Assembly (NCBI GenBank): GCA_963844925.1 | Contig: CAWJQG010000016.1 | Location: 12,930 to 76,929 of the forward strand | Reading direction: 5' to 3' | Origin: an uncultured Actinomycetota bacterium | GTDB taxonomy: Bacteria; Actinomycetota; Actinomycetes; Streptosporangiales; Streptosporangiaceae | Length of the DNA: 64,000 nt | Part shown: one piece after another, positions 31,493 to 40,273 of the stretch | Layout of the letters: every line of letters starts with the position of its first letter | Numbering within the stretch: position 1 is the stretch's first letter | Translations under genes and position numbers: made by a program | The notes under the pieces: generated by a model | Seen by the model: only the letters and a program-made list of their open reading frames with translations | The model's database searches: none | What the model was told of the DNA's origin: nothing

Positions 31493-34400
31493 ATGAGCAG
31501 GGTTTCCCGTGGTCGGAGGTCCGGTGACGGTAGGCCGCATGCTGGCAGGGAGGCGTCAGCGACCCCACCGGACGCGGCAGCGCGCCTGGACCGCGCGCTG
31601 TTCGATGATCCGTCGTTCTTCGTTCCCCGGCGCTGGATCTCGGATGAGGTTACAGCATGGTTGAGTACGGACAGCGCCAGTCAGGTGCTGGTCCTGTCCG
31701 GCCCGCCCGGATCGGGCAAGAGCCGTTTCCTGCACGCATGGGCGGCTGGTCTCGGTAATCAGCCTGATCGGCCCCGTATCGGGGTGCTGATCTTGCGTGA
31801 CTTGCGCGCCCGGCAGATCGACCCGTTCTCCTGGCCACGGCTGCGTGACCAATTGCTCGACCTGTGTGGTGCGTCCGGGCGGCGGGCACCGGGGATAGCC
31901 GGACACGCCGAGGTCAACCTTGCCATGCCCGGCAGCAGGGTCGAGGTCACCGGGACCAGAATTGAGCAGGTTGCGGGTGACCTGGTCATCGATGCGATCG
32001 ACCCCGTTCGGGAACTCAGCACCCTGGTTCTCCCTGCTCTCGACAACCTTGAAGAGGGCGCTCCGATTGTTGTCGCGATCGACGGCCTTGACGAGGCGTC
32101 CCTGGCTGAAGACAAGGACTTCCTCACCGTAGTCCAGAAGCTGGTTCGCCACGTTGGTGAGCAGCGCAGGACGCGTGTCGGGGCGGGTCGCCTTCGGGTC
32201 ATCCTTACCAGCCAGCCGGAGGTTCCGGTCTACCTGAGCAGTGTGCTGGGGCCGGCCGTGATCGACTTGTCCGAACCCCGGCAGGCCGATCACGTGGACC
32301 TGCGATCCTTCGTCGACACGCTGCTCGGTCCCTTGCCAGCGGTGGAGCGTGGTCGGCTCGCCGAGCTGATCAGTGAGCATGCCGGCGGTATCTGGGTGAT
32401 TGCCTTCTACATCGCCCAGGCGATCATTGAAGACGTTGCCGCCGGACGCCCGGTGCCCGCGCGACTGCAGATGCCAGTCAGCCTCGGCGAGGCATATCAG
32501 GACGCTCTCGGGCGGGCCCGGAGCCGTCTTGGCGGCACCGGGCCACGGTGGACTGCGGCGAGGCAGTTGGTTGGCCTGGTGGCTGCGGCTCAGGACGTCG
32601 GATCGGGGCTGCCTCCCGACTTGGCGGCGCTGGCGCTGGGCACCGACGAGAGCGTCCTAGACGAACTGCTGGCCGCCATGCGCTCCATCCTCAGCCGGGC
32701 GCCCGACAGCACCCTCCGGTTCTTCCACGGTGACTTCGGGCGCTGGGTCATCGGCGGCGGGCTCGGCGGAGCGGTCGTGGAAGATGCCCACAACAGGCTT
32801 GGTGAGGTGCTTACAGAGGCCGGCTCGCGCAGTTGGCGGCTTGCGGGCAGCTACTGCGCCCGCTACGTGGGGCCGCATGCGCTGGCAGCAGCCGAGTGCT
32901 CCATCGACAAGGTCACCCACGTAGGTCATGTCGACCGCTGCCTGCGGTTGTTCGGGACCGAGAGCGGCTCGCCGACGACCCCGCGGCAAGCCGGTGGATC
33001 CCTCAGCTGGACAGGCTAGCTGTCCTGTGTCCTCCCCGCACGCGGCTTCCCGGCTCTGTCGAGCTGCTGTCTGGCCTCGCCTCGCGGCTCGTGGCCGCAC
33101 TCAATTACCGGTTGGCCGAGCTTCTCACGCCCGCGCAGTCCGATTATCTTTGGCGGCTCACAGCCTCGCAGGGCGGGGCTGCGTGGGTGCCGCTGGATAG
33201 GTCTCACGGGCCGGATCGAGAAATCGCTAACATCGCCGACAGCGTTAATGAAGAGCTCCGTCGGGTGCTCGCCGAAGTCCTGTCAGGCACGCCCGTCCAG
33301 ATCGACCCAGCGGCGACCGATGAACGGATGGCCCGCGAAATCGAGCAAACATGGACGGACACGCACGATCCCCGGTTGCTCGACGCGGCGATCGAAGCGA
33401 GGAGAGCGGTAGTGCGGCTTACCCCAGCCGGGCATGACCTGCGCAGGCCACGGTTGTTCCAACTAGCGCGGCTCTTGGATCAGCGGTTGGAGCCGGGCGG
33501 CGGCGCACCGGACGGCGAACTGGACGAACTGCTTCAGATATGGACTGAAGCGGCCCCCGGCGACGAGACGACCGATCAGGACTTCGACCCCGCAAGCTAC
33601 TGGTTCAGGTATGGAATGTTGCTTGACATGCGACGAGCGCGAGACGCGGGCGGGCATGCCGAGGATATCGCGGAGTCCCTCGCAGCCTGGGAACGTGCGG
33701 TTGCCCTCTTGCCAGACGATCACCCTGGCCGCTCGACCTGGCTAACAGGGCTGGCAGAAGCGCTGATCGCCCACATCGAGGCCGACCCCGGGGCGCATGA
33801 CAACATCGACCGACTTATCGGCATCTTGAGTGAGATCGCGCAGCGCGACGACCTTTCTCCCCAGTCAGATGCCTGGGGACTGTACGCCAGCTGGCTAGAA
33901 AGGCGTCGCGAACAGGACTCCGACCGGCACTCGGATGACCTGGACGCCGCTATCGTGGCATGGGGGCATGCGGTAGACAAGAGCACAGCGGAAACCCCCG
34001 GCCGGGCCGTGTGGCTGAAGGGACTGGCTACAGCGCTTGGTACGCGGATCCACGTCAATGAACATGACGGCGACCTGGATCGGTCTATCGAGGCGCTGAG
34101 AGAACTCGTTACCCGTGAAGACTTGGCAGGCTGCTTCAGTGATCCGGTCGATGCGTTTGTGGTGTACGGTGACTCGCTTCTTCTGCGATGGTCCCGGAAC
34201 CCCGATCTGCAGCCTGAGGATGCAGATTTTGCCGCAGCGGCCCAGGCGCGGCACCAGGTGGTCGTGGGGACTCCGACAGGTCACCCAGACCGCCTGGAGC
34301 GGGTCTACCGTCTTGCGGAGGTCCTAAGCGTCCGTATCACTACGGACTCCGAGCAGGAAGGTGACTTGGACCTGCTCATTGGTGCCGTTCGCGAAATCAC

Positions 34401-35898
34401 GGAGGCAGATAGCGAGATCCTCGTCGGCAAGCAGTTCCTCGGCCACCCCTGGGGCGACGGAGAAGCGTGGGCGTACTATGCCCAGTTGCTCGAGCTACGC
34501 TATGGCCGCAGCCCGGAAGAACACCCGGAGGACATAGACGCCGCTGCCGAGGCCTGGGCTAGAGTCATTTCCCTAGTCGCAGCGGACAATCCGCAATACA
34601 CGCGGTCGTTGATGAGGCTCGTGAACGTCCTGATCGCTCGGGTTAACGCAGGTCTGGAGAGGAGGCATGACCTGGACCGGATCGTTGCGATCAATGCTGA
34701 GATCACCGGTCGTGACGACGCCTCAGGCACGGTGGCGGACCCCGCCCAGCCATGGCAACTCTACGCCGACTCCCTCGATGAGCGGCGTCAGCGCGATCCG
34801 GAGAGAAACGCGAGTGACCTGGATGCGTCTATCAAAGCTTGGAAGCGGGCTGTGGAAGCCACACCGCCCGAATCGGCTATGCGGACGTTTCGGCTGATGA
34901 AGCTGGCAGCCGCGCTTCGAGACCGCCTCCACACTGAGGTCGAACAGGGCGATGACCGGGACCTGTTCATCGCCATTGCGGCCGAGATCACAGGCCGGGA
35001 TGACTTCGAGGAGCACGCCCCCAACGACCCAGCCGGGTGGTGGCAGGCGTACGGCGAGGAGGTTGACCACCGGCGCGCCGAACCCGGAGACGAGCATCCC
35101 GGTGACCTGGACGCCGCCACCAAGGCCTGGCATCAGGCAGTCCTACAGACCCCGGCCGACCAGCCGCTCCGCGCTCTCCGGCTGATGAGCCTGGGGCAGG
35201 CGCTAAGCGAACGAATCGAAGCCGGTAAGGGTAACGACGGGGACGTTGAACTGATGATCATCGTCGCCGGCGAGGCTGCTGGCTACAGCGGGCAGTACGG
35301 CGTCGACCCTGCCCTGGCCTGGGCCAACTACGGTACAGCACTCGACCGCAGCAGAACCCTGCCGGGCGAGCACTCACGCGCCTATCTGCACATGGCAGTA
35401 GAAGCATGGGAGAAAGCGGTCGCTCACCTACCCGAAGGCGACCATATGCGGGCGAATTGGCTCGTACAGCTGATGAACGCGTCGAGCGCCGAATTCAACG
35501 CGACCGGACATCTCGGCGACCTCGACCGGCTAATTGAGATCTGCCGGGAACTTACCTACAGTGACAGGCCGGACTCAGCGAACGTGTGGGCCCAATACGG
35601 TACCCTGTCGCGGCTGCGATGGGAACGTGATCCAACCGCCCACTCCGTTGACCTAGGCGAGTTCGTCACCGCGATGGACACGTGCCTGAGCCTGAGTACT
35701 GACAGTGACCCCCGTGAGCCCGCCTGGTACGCCCAAAGCGCCAATGCGCACCTGCTCGGGCACCTCAACGGCGTACCCGCTGCGGACCTCGGAACCGCGA
35801 TACAGCGGGCGAGAACGGTGCTGACTACCGGCAGCGCGGAAGATCAGGCCAGACTCCTCGATGCGCTCCGGCGGCTCGCCAGCCAAGAACAGCGGTAG
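31493..35898 (+). CDS. NACHT/AAA-like NTPase with long TPR-like region (NLR-like), frameshift near 32955
   Basis: FVPRRW, GPPGSGKS, VAIDGLDE, ILTSQP and FFHGDF motifs; continues into ORF 32833-35898 with AWERAVALLPDDHPGR-type repeats. Confidence 0.75.
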
Positions 35899-36491
35899 CG
35901 CTGTCGGATAAACAAAAACGACCGCGAGGCACAAAAGCTAGAGAATGCGTGGCACCTATCTTGATGCCCACGGGCTTAGCGATCGCAGCTAGAAATCATT
36001 GATTGCAACCTGGCGCCCCGCGGGATAGCACTGGGAGCAACATTCCGGAGTGCTGCTTTTAGGGATAGGCTTCACGGCCGGACCATCTGCAGCCGAGGAA
36101 TCATTTCAATACCGCCGCCGCGAGCCTTCCCGCAGAGCGGCGGAAATGCCGAACTGGGTGATCTGTGAGCTTCCATGCTCTTCGGCGGTTGATTCGTCAA
36201 GCGCGCCGATTCGGCGATCTGAGCAGGATGGCGATGCGCCGACTAGCGAATCCGGTAGCGCTCTGTGATGGCTAGGGAGTCTTCTTCGTGGCCGTCGGCA
36301 TCAGGCACATCAGCCATTCCGGCCACGCGCACCTCCGTTGCATCAAGTGCAACATTGTTGCGGCAATACAGCGGCGGTGCAGTAGACCTGGAAGAATACC
36401 CGGGCACCAGCAGCTAGCAACGCCCCGGACATCCTCCCCACCAGGCACTACCTACCCCAGGCCGCCAAACCCCGTGTTGCATCTAATGCAA

Positions 36492-36887
36492 CTAAGCCCG
36501 GAGCACAAACCAGGTCACCATCCGCCCGCCGCGCCGTCGCCAGCCCCATCGCGCCGCCAGGCCAGCAACGAGTTGCAGCCCGCGACCGCCTTCCGCATCA
36601 CGGTGTACAAGACGCAGCTCAGGCGTCCCCTCCCCGGCGCGATCGGTGACCTCGACCCGGACGATGCCGTCCCCGGCAATGACCACGACCGTGACCGTCT
36701 CCCCGGGAGCACCCGAACCGGAGTGCCGGACACTATTACCGAAGACCTCGCTGACCAGCAGCGCGGCGTCATCCCTGCATGGATGCCCGGGGCCGAGCAC
36801 CTCACCGACGAACGTGCGGGCGACCCGCGCCCGCTCCGCCCGCCCGGCAAGCGTCACGCTCTCCCGGACCGCCGCCCTGGCCATCAC
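36492..36887 (-). CDS. ATP-binding protein (HATPase_c, anti-sigma/RsbW-like)
   Basis: LLVSEVFGNSVRH, VEVTD, EGGRGLQLV and WG..TWF motifs. Confidence 0.85.
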   Translation of the reverse strand: MMARAAVRESVTLAGRAERARVARTFVGEVLGPGHPCRDDAALLVSEVFGNSVRHSGSGAPGETVTVVVIAGDGIVRVEVTDRAGEGTPELRLVHRDAEGGRGLQLVAGLAARWGWRRRGGRMVTWFVLRA

Positions 36888-37010
36888 CGCACCGCCCTTC
36901 CCCGGCCGCCCCGCCCCGGGAAACCGGCCGGGCAGCGGGCGGACGCAGGGATATGCACGCTCAGCTCAGCCGCGAACGTCAAGCCGGCGCAACGGGCTCC
37001 GCGCGGACCT

Positions 37011-37478
37011 CGTCCGTGGCTCGTCCGTGGTCGCGGCCCCCGTCCGTGGCCGTCCGTGAAACAGCCGACGGTGCGCACCGACCGTCCTAACGGCACCCAA
37101 GCCCGTCCGCTATGCGTCCGTGGACACCGCAATATGACGGTCTACAGCGCTACAAGGTGACACACGACGGGACAGAGAAGAAACGGCCCGCATAGCCGAG
37201 AAATCCCAGCTAGCGGGCCGTTTCCGCAGCGTGTGGCAGGTGATGGGTTCGAACCATCGTAGGCTGAGCCGACGGTTTTACAGCACTATCCTCCTATTCG
37301 AGGCTTATGCCACTGACCTGCACTTATGTCCTCCGAGGCGGGATTTGGGACGGCCGCCGTCCGCTATACGTCCGTGGACACCGGGTTCCGGGGTCCGAGC
37401 GGTCGGCAGACCGTCGCAGGCTGGCCCACGGACGGGCACGGACCGGCCCACGGACGGCCACGGACCAGTCCACGGACG
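37011..37478. repeat. Inverted arrays of CGTCCGTGG motifs and a 27-bp direct repeat (putative integrase arm sites)
   Basis: CGTCCGTG(G) at 37011, 37022, 37041, 37051; CCACGGAC at 37426, 37448, 37458, 37470; 27-bp repeat at 37103-37129 and 37357-37383 (1 mismatch). Confidence 0.75.
37233..37283 (-). other. tRNA-Tyr 3'-half fragment (att core-like)
   Basis: rc CTGTAAAACCGTCGGCTCAGCCTACGATGGTTCGAACCCATCACCTGCCAC has the GTA anticodon loop, variable arm and T-arm; no 5' half. Confidence 0.75.
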
Positions 37479-37539
37479 GGGGCGGTGGGAACAGTCTTGC
37501 AGACCGCTCCCATCCGGATTCCCGCCCTGACCTGCCATT

Positions 37540-37862
37540 TCAGGAGGCCTGCTCGATGTCGTCGTCGTCTTCGTCGCCGGGGTCTTCCTCGGCGTCCGGG
37601 GTGCCGAGGGCCTCGGCGATGCGCTGGTTGGCGGCGGCGGCCTGGCCGTCGATGCAGTGGGCGTAGATCGTGAGCAGGACCGCTCGCAGATCCGGCCCGA
37701 GGAGTCGATGCGGGCGATCCCGTAGACAACATCCTCGGGCGCTGACGGCACGGGAACCGGAGAGGCCAGAGGCAGCCGCCGGGCCGCGGCCGACCTGGCA
37801 CGCCGCCGGGCCGCCGGGACGGCCGACGAGGGAATCACGGGAGCGAGGGGCTGCGCGGTCAC
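37540..37862 (-). pseudogene. Deletion relic: AbrB-like N-terminus fused to an integrase C-terminal tail
   Basis: VVYGIARIDSSGRICER directly joined to VLLTIYAHCIDGQAAAANQRIAEALG (catalytic-Tyr region of tyrosine integrases). Confidence 0.6.
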
Positions 37863-38071
37863 GGCTGCCTCCCCGCGATGAAGAGGGTAAGGCTAGCCGC
37901 AATGAGGGCGGCGCTGATGTTCCGGCAATGCGCGTTGAGGGATTTCCCGCCCAGCCTGGGCACTCGAAGCGCTGCTTGACCACGCAGGCCGGTGAAATCT
38001 CCCCGGAGGGGGAGATCGCACTGCCGCGTGTTCAAGCGGGTGCTGAATCGGGGAAAATGCGCGGGGATTTG

Positions 38072-38155
38072 TGTCCGAGGGGGGACTTGAACCCCCATAC
38101 CCTTTCGGGCACTAGCACCTCAAGCTAGCGCGTCTGCCTGTTCCGCCACCCGGAC
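38072..38155 (-). tRNA. tRNA-Leu(GAG)
   Basis: rc GTCCGGGTGGCGGAACAGGCAGACGCGCTAGCTTGAGGTGCTAG...GGTTCAAGTCCCCCCTCGGACA; cloverleaf with long variable arm. Confidence 0.95.
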
Positions 38156-38424
38156 GAGTGCTGCGTTCACATCGGCTGAGTCAGGCTAGCAAACTTCGCC
38201 CGACTATGCGAAGCGGAACCTCGCGCCGCCCGAGGGGCGCCGCACGGCCGCCGCAGGGGCGCCGCACGGCCGCGCGCAGGGCCGCCGCGAGGCCGCCGCG
38301 CGCACGGACGCAGGCGACCCCGCACGCCCCGCAGGGGCGCCGGCGAAGCCGGCCGAGGCGCTCGAAACGCCCGTCCAACCAGGCTACGGTTCGCTGACCG
38401 GGCAGGCGGTGCGAGGATGGGGAC

Positions 38425-39738
38425 GTGACGGAGAACTTCGCTGGCCTGGCACAAGATGAGGTTGTCGACATCTGCCGGGACCTGATCAGGATCGACACGA
38501 CCAATCCGGGTGATCATTCGGGACCGGGGGAGCGGTGGGCCGCCGAGTATGTCGCGGGGCTGCTCAGCGAGGTCGGGCTGCAGCCGACGGTGCTTGAGTC
38601 GCACTCGAAGCGGACCAGCCTGGTTGCCCGCGTCGAGGGCAGCGACCCGAGCCGGCCTGCCTTGCTTATTCACGGGCACCTGGACGTGGTGCCGGCGAAC
38701 GCGAGCGACTGGACGCTTGACCCGTTCGCCGGGGAGATCGCCGACGGGTGCGTCTGGGGGCGCGGCGCCGTCGATATGAAGGATATGGACGCGATGGTCC
38801 TCGCGGCCGTCAGGCAGCGGATGCGCGAGGGGTGGAGGCCTGCCCGCGATATCGTGCTCGCCTTCACCGCCGACGAGGAAGCGGGCGGCAACTGGGGCGC
38901 GGGGTTCCTGGTCAAGGAGCATCCGGACCTCTTCGACGGCGTCACCGAGGCGATCGGCGAGGTCGGCGGGTTCAGCGTCTCCGTCGGCGACCAGCGGGTG
39001 TACGCGGTCCAGACGGCGGAGAAGGGCCTGGCCTGGATGCGGCTCACCGCCAATGGCACCGCCGGGCACGGGTCCATGATCCACGGCGACAACGCGGTCA
39101 CCGCGATGGCGGAGGCCATCGCCCGGGTTGGCCGGCACCAGTGGCCGGTCCAGTTGCCCGACGCGACCCGTGTCTTCCTCGAGCGGGCGAGCGAGGCGCT
39201 CGGGGTCGAGTTCGACCCGCAGGACCCGGCCAGCATCATGGGCAAGCTCGGCGTTATGAGCAAGATGATCGGCGCGACCACGCAGCACACCGCCAGCCCG
39301 ACCGGGCTCAGGGCCGGGTACAAGGTCAACGTGATCCCGCAGACGGCGACCGCGGACCTCGACGGCCGTTTCCTGCCCGGGCGCGAGGACGAGTTCTTCG
39401 CGGAGATTGACCGGCTGCTCGGCCCGGGAATCACCCGCGAGTTCATCCACCATGACGTCGCGCTCGAGACCACGGCCGACGGCGACCTGTGGGACTCGAT
39501 GGCCGCTGCGCTGCACGCCGAGGACCCGGACGGGGTCGTGGTGCCTTATTGCATGTCCGGCGGGACGGACGCGAAGTGGTTCAGCAGGCTCGGCATCCGC
39601 TGCTTCGGGTTCAGCCCGCTGCAGCTGCCGCCGGGGCTGGACTTCGCCGGCATGTTCCACGGAATCGACGAACGTGTTCCGGTGGACGGCCTCAGGTTCG
39701 GCGTCCGGGTCCTTGACCGGCTGCTCGGCAGCTGCTAA
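38425..39738 (+). CDS. M20/M25/M40 family metallopeptidase
   Basis: HGHLDVV, GRGAVDMK, ADEEAGG, GGTD and HGIDER motifs. Confidence 0.93.
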   Translation: MTENFAGLAQDEVVDICRDLIRIDTTNPGDHSGPGERWAAEYVAGLLSEVGLQPTVLESHSKRTSLVARVEGSDPSRPALLIHGHLDVVPANASDWTLDPFAGEIADGCVWGRGAVDMKDMDAMVLAAVRQRMREGWRPARDIVLAFTADEEAGGNWGAGFLVKEHPDLFDGVTEAIGEVGGFSVSVGDQRVYAVQTAEKGLAWMRLTANGTAGHGSMIHGDNAVTAMAEAIARVGRHQWPVQLPDATRVFLERASEALGVEFDPQDPASIMGKLGVMSKMIGATTQHTASPTGLRAGYKVNVIPQTATADLDGRFLPGREDEFFAEIDRLLGPGITREFIHHDVALETTADGDLWDSMAAALHAEDPDGVVVPYCMSGGTDAKWFSRLGIRCFGFSPLQLPPGLDFAGMFHGIDERVPVDGLRFGVRVLDRLLGSC

Positions 39739-39751
39739 GCCAGGCAGGCGT

Positions 39752-39937
39752 TCAGAATGTCCTGACGGCGCGTATTATGCGACGGCGGAGGGTAGCCTTC
39801 CTGCTGCCGTCGGCATACAGCCGGAGTCTGGCAAGTTCCCACGCGCCGTACTCCGCGTGATCCGTCAGGATTCGCCGCGCGGCGTCTCTCGACGTGCCGC
39901 GTGGCAGGTACAAGACGAGGTAGTCGTACTCGGCCAT
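39752..39937 (-). CDS. DUF5703-family small protein
   Basis: LTDHAEYGAWELARLRLYADGSRKATLRRRII; usual neighbour of this peptidase in actinobacteria. Confidence 0.8.
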   Translation of the reverse strand: MAEYDYLVLYLPRGTSRDAARRILTDHAEYGAWELARLRLYADGSRKATLRRRIIRAVRTF

Positions 39938-40273
39938 TGCCTCTAATTGTGCGCACGTCGGGGAACAGCGCAAGTCGTGTCGGCGAACTTCTGGTGACTC
40001 TTCCGCTGCACGGAAGGCCAGCGGAAGGCCAGCGGAAGGCCAGCAGCGGCCAGACACGGCTGACCAGGGTCAGGAGGCTCAGCAGCCACCCCGGCGCACC
40101 ACCCGGGAACAGTCCGGGCGGCTAACAGGGTTGCAAGGATAACGGCAGGGACGGGCATTTCGTGGCCGCGCCGCGTATGGTACTTGCGGCGGGGAGTCGC
40201 GTCTGAGCGAGGCGAGAGCCCCGCCGGAGCGGGATGACGGCCATGGCGCTTTTGATGTGAGGTTGGAAAGAGC

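Noticed and set aside
37233-37283. Functional tRNA-Tyr
   Set aside because: The 5' acceptor strand and D-arm are missing.
40011-40043. CGGAAGGCCAG x3 tandem repeat upstream of topA
   Set aside because: Short slippage-type repeat with no supporting context.
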